The position numbers and the translations under genes are program-made. Shown here one piece after another: positions 1 through 11,688 of a stretch of 64,000 nt of DNA. The notes under the pieces were generated by a model. That model saw only the letters and a program-made list of their open reading frames with translations. It searched no databases and was not told where the DNA came from. The DNA is from an uncultured cyanobacterium (GTDB lineage Bacteria; Cyanobacteriota; Cyanobacteriia; CAKZMO01): the NCBI GenBank assembly GCA_963719515.1, contig CAVRCJ010000010.1, positions 128,001 through 192,000 of the forward strand, in the 5' to 3' direction. The first letter of the stretch is position 1. Every line of letters begins with the position of its first letter.

Positions 1-1742
1 CATGACGCCGCTGGTGAGGACGCCCTGCTCCACTGCCGCCGCAATGCTGCCGCAGCGGCGAACGGTGTTGATAGCCTTGAGGTGGTGGCGGTGGCCGCCG
101 TGGACGGAAATGCCCCGCTTCATGTCCATCCCTAGAGAGGTGCCCATCATCGACTGCTCAATGTCGTGGACGGCGATCGCGTTGCCCCCCGAGCAGGACG
201 TTCACGTAGTTCTCGCGAATCAGCTTGGCCAGAGTGGCTGCCGCCGCCCGTATGGATGACTACCGGACCCGCCGTCACCACCACTTTGCCCCCCCTATCG
301 CGGATGCGGCGCAGATCCCAGGCGATTTGCTCCACGACGATTTCCACGCGCCGCTCGCTGGAGACGCCGGAGCCCATAAAGCTGAACTCCTCGGCGCTGC
401 GCTTTTCTCGCGACTCGGCCTTACGGACCGTCCGCAAACCCTCAACGCCCACCACCACGCGATCGCCTTCTTTTAGGTCCCGCAGCAGAGCGCAGTAGGG
501 CTGTCCCGCTGTAGGCACCACAATGGCAGCGTCCATACGCTGCCCCGTCACCCGGTGCCAATTGCCGCTGATGCGCACCTCGGTGGGGTAGATGGTGGTG
601 ACGTAAAAGTCGTCGGGGGCGACTCCGTTTTGAGCGACGGTGTCTAGCTTTGCCTCGGCGTCGCTGGCGGTGGCGATCGCCCCCATGTCGATCAGCTGCG
701 ACATGATCTCCGCCATCACCTCATGGCTGGGGGCAGAGACGCGGATATTGGCAACGGAGGTGTCCTGGCGCTGGTTGCCCAAGTCGAAGTTGAGCACCTG
801 GAAGCTGCCGCCCCCCTTAACGACGGAATCTAGGGCGCGGTTGATCAGCCCAGAGTCGAGCAGGTGACCCTCTAGCTTCACGTTGCGGCTCTCGACGGCG
901 GCGCTGGAGCTAGAGCTAGGCATAATGGGCTCAGTGGTGCGCAGCGTCAGACATTTTGCCGCACCGCCCGCTTTAAGAAATTCCGTCAGCGGCGTCTCGA
1001 CAAGGGTAAATCCCGCCTCGCCCATGCGCTGCTTCAGCTCGTCGGTAGCCTGATTGACGACCACCGTCTTGTTGACGTCTACGGCGTTGCAGGCGAAGTT
1101 CACGGCGTCGACTTCGCTGATGGGAATACGCTTTTCAGCGGGGACGCGCATCTCAATGAGACGGTTAGAGTAGGCGTCAAAAGCGGGAGGATAATACAGT
1201 AGATAGCCGTCGCTCAAGGGGCAAAAGCAGGTGTCGAGGTGGTAAAAGCGCTCGTCGGTCAGCCGCAGCGATAGCACTTCGATGTCCAGCCACTCCGCCA
1301 GATAGGGATGGGAATCGAGTTCAGAGCGGAACCCATACCCCGCCCACAGCCAGCGACCGCCCCGGTCTAGCAATGCGTCCCCTGCCCCCTCAAACGGCAG
1401 TCCTCTGGGCAGCTCATGTACCGTATAACCCTGCTCTTCAAACCATCGCTTAAAGTGAGGCTCTTCCCCCTGGCGCTCGGGATGGAAAAAGTGGCTGAGC
1501 ACCACCGTTTTGCCCAGCATCAGCCCGGCATTGGCCGTGAACACCATGTCGGGCCAGCCCTGCTGCGGTTTTACCAGGTCTACGGTGGCGTACTGCGTGA
1601 GCACTTGGTAAAGCTTGTTCCACTGCTCCTCAGCGCGATCGCGAGAAGAGCGGTGAACATTGCCCTCCATCCAAGGGTTAATGACGTAGTCGACGTCATA
1701 GTGGTGCGGAGGGCACATAAGGATGTGGACCGGTTGAGTCAT
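1..1742 (-). CDS. argZ: Arginine dihydrolase ArgZ/AgrE (amidinotransferase + LOR/SDH + C-terminal domain); runs off the window edge, two apparent +1 frameshifts
   Basis: N-terminus ILMCPPHHYDVDYVINPWM, plus DMVFTAN, FEGAGD, FYHLDTCF, GGAAKCL, GHLLDSG and GPVVIHTGG. Removing one base at 233 and one in the C run at 185-190 restores [35 protein letters not shown]...GGHRHHLK to the window edge. Confidence 0.88.
173..180. repeat. HIP1 octamer GCGATCGC (one example; dispersed throughout the window)
   Basis: GCGATCGC recurs dozens of times in the resident genes. I did not see it inside the three IS200/IS605 elements. Confidence 0.95.
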
Positions 1743-1904
1743 GATGATGCCTGAATTTGAGCGAGGGGTGGTTGCGTTGGAAAGCCAGTAGATGATTATA
1801 GGGTACTGCTGGGTTAAGCCGACATCAATCGTCAGGATTTCTAGACAGAATTGGCGAATACTCAGGGAATAGCCGATGCCCCCTAGCTCTGTCGTTCTAA
1901 TCCG

Positions 1905-1918
1905 GTACGCTACGTTAC
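1905..1918. promoter_or_regulatory. Candidate NtcA box (GTA-N8-TAC) between divergent argZ and psaC
   Basis: GTACGCTACGTTAC matches the consensus. There is no -10 box at the canonical 22-23 nt spacing towards argZ. Confidence 0.3.
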
Positions 1919-1927
1919 GTTCTTTGA

Positions 1928-2395
<468 letters not shown>

Positions 2396-2535
2396 GCGCT
2401 GCCCCTGTCCCGTCCGGCGATCGCGGTCCTTTGTGCCTTGATGAATGGGCTACGCCAACGCTAAAGAGAGGCTAAGCGCGATAGACGGGGAGAGTCCCTA
2501 CAGCGATTACAAAGTTGGCTTACATCGATTCGCGT

Positions 2536-2569
2536 CGGGGACAAGGTGCTGTACCTTGTCCCCGTTTTT
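2536..2569 (+). terminator. Rho-independent terminator after psaC
   Basis: CGGGGACAAGG-loop-CCTTGTCCCCG followed by TTTTT. Confidence 0.8.
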
Positions 2570-2687
2570 GCGCCAATCCGCAACGTGACCCCACGCTATA
2601 GCGTTCGTCATTCCAGGTAGGATCAAGGCAAAGGGGACAGGCCGCCTTTCTCAGGCAGACCCCAGTTCACCCGTATTCATCTAGCCC

Positions 2688-3206
2688 ATGGACATCAAAA
2701 CCTTCTTCGAAAAGAGCTGCGGCAAGTGGTTTTGCCAATGTACTAGCCAGCACCTCGGCCACAGCCAAAGCGAATGGCGGCGTACCGATACTTGGATCAC
2801 CCTTTTACCCTCCGACGACAGCTCAGTTCTGAGTCTGTGCGAGCAGTTCGCCACAGACCCCGCCCTTGTGGTCTGTGGCCTTTCCGCCCGATGGGAAGGG
2901 ACCGTGGGCGCAGACCCCGATAAAAAGACGGGAAACTCTTTACTGGTGGCGATCGCTGACGCAGGCGCAGCGGGTCAGGGCACCCTGCTGCGGCAGAGCG
3001 CCCCCGACAATGTGGCCACCACGGCCTGCTACATGATTGAGCCTAACGAGACGCTGGTGGTGATGTCGGAGCAAAGCGGCCTTGAAACCCAGGAGCGAAT
3101 CTGGTTTGCTAGCCCCAAGCTCCGCCTCCGCAACAGCATCTTGAAGCGCCCTGATGACTTCAGCACAACGTCCTTCTTCTCAGAAATCCGCGTGGGTGAC
3201 GCCTAA
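2688..3206 (+). CDS. Phycobiliprotein lyase, CpcS/CpeS family (possibly a CpcU/CpcV-like paralog)
   Basis: MDIKTFFEKSCGKWF...H, ERIWFASPKLRLRNS and SFFSEIR match S-type lyase motifs. Confidence 0.8.
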   Translation: MDIKTFFEKSCGKWFCQCTSQHLGHSQSEWRRTDTWITLLPSDDSSVLSLCEQFATDPALVVCGLSARWEGTVGADPDKKTGNSLLVAIADAGAAGQGTLLRQSAPDNVATTACYMIEPNETLVVMSEQSGLETQERIWFASPKLRLRNSILKRPDDFSTTSFFSEIRVGDA

Positions 3207-4636
3207 CTTTCCTGCAGGCGCTGGCTCTTGAGCGGCTGAGACGGCATTAGCCACACCCCGATCAGATAGCCTAAGCAGCAGATGAGCAGCCCGTAAACGT
3301 TGACTCCAAAGTCTTCGGCATATTTACCGGCTCCGATACTAATCCAGGCGGGAAAGATCGCCGTCTGGGCCACGTTTTCCACCACGCGCAGCACGCCGAA
3401 CAGCAGCCCAGGCCAAAACGCCAGATGAAAGCTGAGGGCCGCGCCGCGCAGGAAGGACAGCAGAAAAATAGGGGCTAGCCCCATCACCATGGTGCCGCTG
3501 ATGGTGGTGGCCGAAATGATGGCGGGACCGACCTGGTCCCCCAGGTAGATGCTCAGCAGGGGCAGGTTACCCAGCACGGCGATCGCCACCATGGCCCAGC
3601 GTCCGATGTAGGCTTGAGACTCGGTGGGGGAGCCGTGGCGGTTGGACCAGTCTCGCCCTGCCAGCTTGGCTACGCTAGAGAAGGTTGAGTCGAGGGTGGA
3701 GCCGGCGCTGGTGAGCATGATGCTGTTGAACACCAGCAGCATCGGCAAACCAAACAGCGCGGGGACCGCCAGAGTCGGCTGTCCCTCAACCGTGAACCGC
3801 AGCGCATACAGCCCCACTACGCTAAACAGCAAAATGAAGCCCCCGCTGAGCAGGCCTGCCAGCACAAAGCCGCGCACCATTCGCTGGGGTGAGGTGATGA
3901 ACCCCCGGTCTGTGAGAACGGGGTCATGGAAGGGATAGCTGAAAACCTGCACAAAGGCCAGCCCGCAAAAGGTGAGGCCCGCCCAGCGGGTGGGCTCATC
4001 CACCACCGGGAGCCCGCTCGTGACCAGCCCTGGCCCCAGCTGCGCCAAAATTACCACCAGCAGCACCGCCGCCAGCAGCATTTGCGCCCCGTCTGTCAGT
4101 AGGCTGCTGCGCAGTCCTCCCAGCAGACTGTAGTAGACCGTAAACAGGGTCACCAACAGCGCCGCAACCCAATAGCCGGCGCTGCCTTCAGCTCCAAAAT
4201 AGAGAGAGAACACCTTGGTGTTTGACCACACCTCATTTAGCAGGCGTACGGCGATCGCAATCAAAAACAGCTTGGCGCACAGCGGTCCGTAGCGCCCTAC
4301 TAAAAATTCAGGCAGCGAGCGGTAGCCGCCTCGGCTGCGGATAAAGTAGATGGCGATCGCCGCGGTGATAAAGCTGAGATAGTAGATGGCGTAGCCGATG
4401 CCGCCCGCGATACCAAAGGCGTTGGAGAGGCTAGCGGCATTGTCGATGGATTTGGCAAAAATCCAGGAGATGGCGGCACTCGACACCAGCAGCCATAGTC
4501 CAGGACTTTGCTCCCCGGAGCGCCCTTGGAAAAAAGCCAGCGCAGATACTTTGTCGGGCGTCGTGCGCTGAACAACGCGGTAGATAAAAAAGCCGTAGCC
4601 CAGCAGCAGCGTCCAGGTCAATGTAATTGTGAGCAT
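3203..4636 (-). CDS. Sodium:solute symporter (SSS) family transporter, substrate unknown
   Basis: Many TM helices; YSLLGGLRSSLLTD, SAGSTLDS, ISWIFAKS, YPFHDPVLTDRGF. Confidence 0.85.
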   Translation of the reverse strand: MLTITLTWTLLLGYGFFIYRVVQRTTPDKVSALAFFQGRSGEQSPGLWLLVSSAAISWIFAKSIDNAASLSNAFGIAGGIGYAIYYLSFITAAIAIYFIRSRGGYRSLPEFLVGRYGPLCAKLFLIAIAVRLLNEVWSNTKVFSLYFGAEGSAGYWVAALLVTLFTVYYSLLGGLRSSLLTDGAQMLLAAVLLVVILAQLGPGLVTSGLPVVDEPTRWAGLTFCGLAFVQVFSYPFHDPVLTDRGFITSPQRMVRGFVLAGLLSGGFILLFSVVGLYALRFTVEGQPTLAVPALFGLPMLLVFNSIMLTSAGSTLDSTFSSVAKLAGRDWSNRHGSPTESQAYIGRWAMVAIAVLGNLPLLSIYLGDQVGPAIISATTISGTMVMGLAPIFLLSFLRGAALSFHLAFWPGLLFGVLRVVENVAQTAIFPAWISIGAGKYAEDFGVNVYGLLICCLGYLIGVWLMPSQPLKSQRLQES

Positions 4637-4693
4637 TCAGAGCGGCACCTTTCCTTCAGTTTTGACGACGTCTAGATGGCCCCCCGCTCCCTT

Positions 4694-4735
4694 TGACACC
4701 GCTGAGGTGACACCGCTGAGGTGATACCGCTGGCG
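4694..4735. repeat. Tandem 14-bp repeat, about 3 copies (TGACACCGCTGAGG)
   Basis: TGACACCGCTGAGG twice, then TGATACCGCTGGCG. Confidence 0.85.
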
Positions 4736-4790
4736 GAAGGCTCGTCTTGTAATGTTTCCAGTGTTCCACCACACGAAGAAGTCTCCCGCC
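4732..4790 (-). promoter_or_regulatory. Candidate cis-regulatory hairpin in the SSS transporter leader
   Basis: Minus strand pairings GGCGGGAG/CUUCCGCC, UCGU/ACGA and UGUGGUG/CAUUACA close the loop GAACACUGGAAA. Confidence 0.35.
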
Positions 4791-4925
4791 TTGGGATGCC
4801 CGTCAAGAGCAATAAATTAGGGGATTTGAGAGGGCCAATGCGTAAATGCTATATCTATATCAACTCTTAGACAGGGCCGCATTAACCAAGGCTGAGATTT
4901 TGGTTAGAGTGCTAGGTTTGGAGTG

Positions 4926-5669
4926 CTAGGCAATGCCCTGAGTTCTGAAGGTGACGTTAGTCCCATCGCTGAGCTGCTCTAGCACCAGCAGAGGGGTTGG
5001 CTTGGCAGATTGGTCCCAGCTAATGGTGACGATTCGCCCCTGCAGCGTGGGCTGCCACCGGGCGTGGTCAGTCGTGGGGCTCATGTAGGCTTCTAAGCAA
5101 TCGACCACCTGCTTCACGGTCACTGAGGTTGCCTGCATGGGCAGCTTGAAAAGGCGAATTTGGATGCGGAACAGGACGCCGTTTTTAGTCTTCTTTTTAC
5201 CGCGCAGGCTGTACTCAACGTCAAAGGTGCAGTTGACCTGCCGCCCCGTGCTCGCAATGCCAATCACCCGCTGGGGCTGGCTTTCCCGCAGGGCCAGCGC
5301 GATCTGCTCTTTGACTTTGTTTTTCACCTGATTGACAATCGCGTTGTGAAAGCTGGCCTCTGCCATTCGCAGGCGCAGATAGTCTAGGTTGAATTCCCGA
5401 GAGTGAATGAGGTCGGGATTCGTCTCCATCTTGCGGAGAGTCTGCAGCGCCATCTGCAGCTTTTGGGCCAGCTCCCGGTTTTTGAACTGCTCAAATCGCG
5501 TTTGCTTTTCAAGGGTTTTGACCTGGCGCTGTAGGCGAAGAATGGCTACAGCGCTCGCGGTCGTCACTGCGGCCGTAAGTGCTGGCCAGCCGTAAGCCTG
5601 CAGCCAACCGATAACGCTGGGTTGGGCTGTTACAAGGGGGAGTAAAGCGGAGTGAGTCAGAACGCCCAT
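4926..5669 (-). CDS. Hypothetical membrane-anchored coiled-coil protein
   Basis: 247-aa ORF with an N-terminal TM segment, a coiled coil, then NPDLIHSREFNLDYLRLRM and WDQSAKPTPLLVLEQ. Confidence 0.7.
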   Translation of the reverse strand: MGVLTHSALLPLVTAQPSVIGWLQAYGWPALTAAVTTASAVAILRLQRQVKTLEKQTRFEQFKNRELAQKLQMALQTLRKMETNPDLIHSREFNLDYLRLRMAEASFHNAIVNQVKNKVKEQIALALRESQPQRVIGIASTGRQVNCTFDVEYSLRGKKKTKNGVLFRIQIRLFKLPMQATSVTVKQVVDCLEAYMSPTTDHARWQPTLQGRIVTISWDQSAKPTPLLVLEQLSDGTNVTFRTQGIA

Positions 5670-6306
5670 AGTGGCATCTAAGAGTCGGTGGTGCTGAAGA
5701 GGCAGGGTAGATAGAGGTAAGAGCTATGGCGGTCTTGAGGTCTCAGGGCAGCTGCGCGCTCTATCGCCCGGTGGGCACGGTGGCCCAGATCAGCAATTCT
5801 GTTCTAAGCGGCGTGGCCAATGAATATAGGTGGGGCTGTCAGTATATCTTTATGCTTCGAGGACGAGTTAGCGAAAGCCGGACAATCTGGAGACCTTACA
5901 CGAGAGGCTCATAGAAGGCTTAAGTAGGGTCATCGCCCCGAGCAAAACCGCGATAAATCTAGCGCTGGCGAATAACGGTACGAATTGCCAGCGTTGCATA
6001 AGCTCAAAGTTAGGAGGTAGGGTGGCGCTCTATTTCCCTTGGGCCCCCACCAAAATACGAATATATTGACGGTCAAGTCTACGCTAGGGATGGCGGCAGC
6101 GCTAATCACAGCCGCATCGCCGTCCGCCTAACTGCCTTGCTCGACGCCCCCCGAGCAAACGCCGACTGCATCACCGGCAGCTCAGCCCTGAATGTCAGCG
6201 CTAGCCCGCACTTAGATTGACCTACACAAACGCCAGCCGACGCTCTCAATACCGCTTGCAAAAAAGCGATCGCCCAAGCCATAGATACCGCAGAAGATAA
6301 AAGCCA

Positions 6307-6339
6307 AGAACCCCGGCCCTTTAAAAGGGCCGGGGTTCT
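6307..6339 (-). terminator. Strong hairpin terminator downstream of ahcY
   Basis: AGAACCCCGGCCCT-TTAAA-AGGGCCGGGGTTCT inverted repeat, with a U-rich tail on the minus strand. Confidence 0.75.
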
Positions 6340-6363
6340 GACATATTGGGATCTTCTAGGGTA

Positions 6364-7665
<1,302 letters not shown>

Positions 7666-7953
7666 TTAGAGAGGAGCGATGTAGCGATGGAGCAATGGGT
7701 GCTATTCAACCCATCATCCTCAAGAGATATTTACTATCTTTGTAATGTTAACTATTTCTGCCGATTGCGGCAGGCCAATCGCGTCGGCGCAATCCAGCAG
7801 CGACGCTGAATGGGGGTAGGCGATCGCCCTGGCAACAGCATCAATGCCGTAGGGTGTAGCCCCTGCCCGGAGTTGACGTGAGCCCTATAGGGAAACGGCA
7901 TAGAATGTTACATTAACACCCAGATTACTACCCCATTCTTTCTTGATGCCGCC

Positions 7954-8331
7954 ATGGAGCCTTTGACCTCTGCGCAGATCGCCCAGTACCGCTCTGCGCT
8001 TGCCACCGTACCCGATGCTCTTTTAGCCCTAGATATGGTTGAGGACTGTGAGGGAGATCTGGAAGACGCGGCGATCGCCCTGGCGCTGCAGGTGGGACAG
8101 GAGCCGGACCGCTCGGACCAGTGGCTTGAGGGACTGGCGAAACGCTGGCGGGTTACTCTCTGCGATACCAATGTGCAGGCTTATATCGACTCAGACCGAC
8201 TCGCTGCCGCAGCGCAAACCTTAGTGAATGCCGTCAACCTCTCGCCTCGTTTGGTGACGCTGATCATTATCTATGCGCACCAGTACGGAATTGCCAAATT
8301 TTGTCAGGTTCTCAACGTCACTCAAGACTAG
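7954..8331 (+). CDS. Hypothetical protein (cyanobacterial type)
   Basis: 125-aa ORF with ALDMVEDCEGDLEDAAIAL...WLEGLAKRWR; contains HIP1. Confidence 0.75.
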   Translation: MEPLTSAQIAQYRSALATVPDALLALDMVEDCEGDLEDAAIALALQVGQEPDRSDQWLEGLAKRWRVTLCDTNVQAYIDSDRLAAAAQTLVNAVNLSPRLVTLIIIYAHQYGIAKFCQVLNVTQD

Positions 8332-8370
8332 TTCTATGAAGAGAACCCTTGCGGTGAAGAATCTCACAGT

Positions 8371-8418
8371 ATGTATGTGAAAGAACATGTAGGCGAAAGA
8401 GCATGTGGGTGAAAGAGT
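8371..8418. repeat. Degenerate tandem 16-bp repeat x3
   Basis: ATGTATGTGAAAGAAC / ATGTAGGCGAAAGAGC / ATGTGGGTGAAAGAGT. Confidence 0.7.
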
Positions 8419-8733
8419 GCACAGGATCCTAACTCATAGCAGGACATCTATCGCTGTAGGGGCTAGTGCGCCTCTAGCACGCTTCGCTATCAATAATTTC
8501 TCCACTAAGCTTACAGTCCTTTAATAGAGATGTCCGTAAGTTCACGGAAAATTAATAGCTGTAAAAGTAAAGTCGAGGTAGTATTAGCGCGTAAACCGCT
8601 AGTGCCTCAAGATACCTATTTCTTAGCAGGTTCAATTGACTTAGATTTTGAGGCGTTGTAGGTCATCTCACAGCAAATGCCCTGCGCATTGAGGCATTTG
8701 CCATACACCCCAAAGCAAGGAGCCTGTTTCACC

Positions 8734-9591
8734 ATGCTGCGTCAATTTCAACTGAGAAGCGCTGCCTTTTCGGCAGTCTGCACCCTGTCTGCCGTCTTTT
8801 CGGCAGCTCCGGCCCAGGCGATTGCCTTTGCCGAATCTCAGGGGCAGATTCTCTTCACTGGGTTTCGCCAAACCCCGATATCTACCACCACAGTGACTGA
8901 CACCGATACGGACACCTTTTCAAGCCGAGGAATTGCCGCCGCTGACGCAGGTGCTGACGCCTTGTTTCCTGATAGTGAGGTTTTAGGCGAGAGTCCTGCG
9001 TTTGGTTTCAACACTATTTTTAGTGAAGCATTCGTCGACGGCGTTGGGGTTGCAGATGCGTTTAGCGAAGCCTCAGTTGTAGGCGACTTTTTGGTTGATG
9101 GCTCTAGAGATACCCCGGTAGCGTTCTCTTTCGATTTTCTCGCGTCCCTCAGCACGTTTGGGCAGGTTGATTCTTCCGTTACGGAACAGGCTAGCGCATC
9201 GGCGAGCGTTGTCTGGGCGCTTGTGGAGCGGTCGAACGCTCAAACTAGCATCCTTGACGCTTTCAGCCTCAGCGCGGCAGTCGATACGGCAAGCGATCGC
9301 GATTTCCTTTCTTTAGAAACCACCCCTAATGTCGACCTGTCCGCGGCGCTGCCCTTGCTAGCGAACAGCTTCGGCGGCAGCAGCGAAAGTGCTGCCGCAG
9401 TGGTATCAGGGCGTTATCAACGTAGGTTTGACGAACCTCGGTCTTTGCAGCTGGTGGAAGTCAAGCAGGGGCACGCTTCTGCCACTGCCGTGCCGGAGCC
9501 TTCTACAATTTTGGCGAGCGTCGGTTTGGGGCTGGCTATTTTGAGACGAGCGCAGCAGCGACAGGCTGCGACTGAGTCTCGGGAGGACTAA
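8734..9591 (+). CDS. PEP-CTERM sorting-domain surface protein
   Basis: Signal peptide ending APAQA, Ser/Ala/Asp-rich body, C-terminal VPEPSTILASVGLGLAILRR; AGGAG before ATG 8734. Confidence 0.9.
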   Translation: MLRQFQLRSAAFSAVCTLSAVFSAAPAQAIAFAESQGQILFTGFRQTPISTTTVTDTDTDTFSSRGIAAADAGADALFPDSEVLGESPAFGFNTIFSEAFVDGVGVADAFSEASVVGDFLVDGSRDTPVAFSFDFLASLSTFGQVDSSVTEQASASASVVWALVERSNAQTSILDAFSLSAAVDTASDRDFLSLETTPNVDLSAALPLLANSFGGSSESAAAVVSGRYQRRFDEPRSLQLVEVKQGHASATAVPEPSTILASVGLGLAILRRAQQRQAATESRED

Positions 9592-9666
9592 CGGCTCGTC
9601 GTCCTTGGCGATTGCAGCAGCCTGTCTCAGCTGACAGGTTAAAGTAGGTCACAGCCCCCAAATGCG

Positions 9667-11289
9667 GTGACCCCGATGATGGAAAGCCCGTGGATCCAAA
9701 GGTCTGCTTTGCTGTGGCTGCGGGATGAGCGACCGCAGCCACGGCGGTCATTTGCGATACTCCAAGTCGCGCTGCAGCGGTGCTGGTGGGGTATCGCGGC
9801 TGGACTTGGCCTAGCGGCTGTGGTGCCGACGCCAGGCAGTGCCGCCGTGGCCCAGCCCTCCCCACCCAGCTGCCCCGCTCAGTTGGGAGAGACCCTAGAG
9901 GCGATCGCCGCGGCGTCGCTTGGTCCTCAAGCCCGGTGGGGGGCGCTGATTCAGCCCCTAGCGGAGGTCGCCCCGCCGCCCCTCTATGCTCACAACCCTC
10001 GGCAGTATTTCACCCCCGCTTCTAACGTCAAGCTGCTCACCGCCGCCGCCGCTCTGGCTCAGCTCGGATCAAACTTTCGCATTTCCACGTCGGCCTATGC
10101 CGCTGCATCCCCAGCCGCCCCGCCAGGATTTGAAGGAATTCAAAGCTCGGTCGATTTGTGGGTGGAGGGTGGAGGAGATCCCAGCTTTGATAGCGGTGAT
10201 CTGCAGCGGCTAGCCCAACAGGTGAAGCGCTCTGGCATCACCCAGATCAATCACCTGATTGGGAATGAGCGCTATTTGGGCGATCGCTTCGTCAACCCCA
10301 CCTGGGACTGGGAGGACGCGCAGGCGGGCTACGGCGCGCCCGTCAACAGCCTTATCCTGGATGAAAACGCGATTGGGGTGCGGCTGTTTCCTCAGGCTGT
10401 TGGGCAGCCGCTACGGCTGGAGTGGGAGCAGCCCCAGCGCGCGGACCGCTGGCAAGTGGTGAATGAGTCGGTGACGGTGGCAGGGCCTGAGCCAGAGTTT
10501 GTGCGGGTGGGCCGCGAGTGGAGCGCTCCGGTGCTGCATATTCGGGGGCAGCTGCGGGCAGGGGCGGCTTTGGATCGCTCTGCGGTAGCGGTAGCAGACC
10601 CCGGCAGACAGTTTTTGGAGCAGTTTGAACTGGCGCTAGAGGCTGCGGGCGTGACGGTCAGTCAGTCAAGTTTAGAGCAGTCTATAGGGCAGCAGCCTCC
10701 GCTGGACTTGCGACGCGAAGTTGCCAGGGTGGTCTCACCGCCCCTAGCCGAGCTGCTAACCGTCACCAACGCCGACAGCCGTAACCTCTACGCTGAAGCC
10801 CTGCTGCGGCATCTGGGACGCGCCGCTAGCCCCGATGAGGGGGACGCAGAGGCGCTGTGGCTAGCGGGACTGGCTCAGATGGAGACGACCCTGGCGGCTT
10901 TGGGCGTTACGGGAGCCTACCAGCTGGCCGATGGCTCCGGACTGTCGCGGCGCAACCTAGTGACGCCGGAGGCCTTTGTGCAAACCCTGCAGGCTATGGC
11001 TCAGCATCCCCATGCTGAAGTTTACCGGGACTCCCTCGCGGTGGCAGGGGAGAGCGGCACCTTGCGCTCGCGCTTTCAAGGGACTCCGGTGGCGGGGCGC
11101 TTTTGGGGCAAGTCGGGGGGGCTGACCGGCGTATCATCCCTGTCGGGCTACCTATATCCGCCCGGCTACGACCCCGTGGTGCTCAGCATTTTGATCGACC
11201 ACTCCGACCAGTCGGGCGCGGCGCGGCGGCAGACCATCGACGCTATGGTGGAGGCGATCGCCCGCTTCACCCCCTGTCCATCGAGCTGA
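9667..11289 (+). CDS. dacB: D-Ala-D-Ala carboxypeptidase/endopeptidase (PBP4, peptidase S13); start uncertain
   Basis: PASNVK (SxxK), GGGDPSF, SRN (SxN), DGSGLSR, KSG. Confidence 0.92.
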   Translation: MTPMMESPWIQRSALLWLRDERPQPRRSFAILQVALQRCWWGIAAGLGLAAVVPTPGSAAVAQPSPPSCPAQLGETLEAIAAASLGPQARWGALIQPLAEVAPPPLYAHNPRQYFTPASNVKLLTAAAALAQLGSNFRISTSAYAAASPAAPPGFEGIQSSVDLWVEGGGDPSFDSGDLQRLAQQVKRSGITQINHLIGNERYLGDRFVNPTWDWEDAQAGYGAPVNSLILDENAIGVRLFPQAVGQPLRLEWEQPQRADRWQVVNESVTVAGPEPEFVRVGREWSAPVLHIRGQLRAGAALDRSAVAVADPGRQFLEQFELALEAAGVTVSQSSLEQSIGQQPPLDLRREVARVVSPPLAELLTVTNADSRNLYAEALLRHLGRAASPDEGDAEALWLAGLAQMETTLAALGVTGAYQLADGSGLSRRNLVTPEAFVQTLQAMAQHPHAEVYRDSLAVAGESGTLRSRFQGTPVAGRFWGKSGGLTGVSSLSGYLYPPGYDPVVLSILIDHSDQSGAARRQTIDAMVEAIARFTPCPSS

Positions 11290-11290
11290 G

Positions 11291-11581
11291 CTAGCTCCAG
11301 TCGTCTCGCTTGGCGTTGACGTGGCGGTAGACCTGCCCCACCGCGTGGATGCGGCGGGTCTGCTCGAATAGGGTTTCTTCCGTCAGGTTCCAGGTCTGCA
11401 GCACCTGGGCCAGGTCTTTTTGAATGTCGCGAGCGCCCGGAAAAGTTTGATAGCGGATATAGAGGCGGGCCACCTCGGCTAGCCCCTGCTCCGACGGTGG
11501 GTTTTCTCGCATCAGAGCGCTAACAATGTCGCGATCGCGCCTGTACTGAGGGTGCTGTTGGTCTTGCTGGGTTTTGCTCAT
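11291..11581 (-). CDS. DUF3288-family protein
   Basis: QQHPQY...ARLYIRYQTFPGARDIQKDL...W-LTEETLF...DDWS. Confidence 0.8.
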   Translation of the reverse strand: MSKTQQDQQHPQYRRDRDIVSALMRENPPSEQGLAEVARLYIRYQTFPGARDIQKDLAQVLQTWNLTEETLFEQTRRIHAVGQVYRHVNAKRDDWS

Positions 11582-11688
11582 GGACTAGGTGACCTTTGCT
11601 GTGAAGCTGACGCGGTTCGTTTGGAGCATAGGTATTCGCAGGGCGTGGCTCTGCCCTGTCTCTACGACTGAATCTAATTGGGCGACGT

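Noticed and set aside
1..1742. argZ (and the thiolase) as true pseudogenes or programmed frameshifts
   Set aside because: Downstream frames are fully conserved, each extra base fits a doubled wobble allele, and there are no slippery-site or stimulator signals. An artefact is more likely.
4720..4740. Resemblance to a lambda operator (TACCGCTGGCGG)
   Set aside because: It arises from the junction of a tandem repeat and a hairpin, and there are no phage genes in the window.
6301..6345. Hairpin after ahcY as an IscB/IS200-605 end remnant (GTCAGAACCCCGGCCC...)
   Set aside because: There is no partner end or associated ORF. Its position and U-rich tail fit an ordinary terminator.
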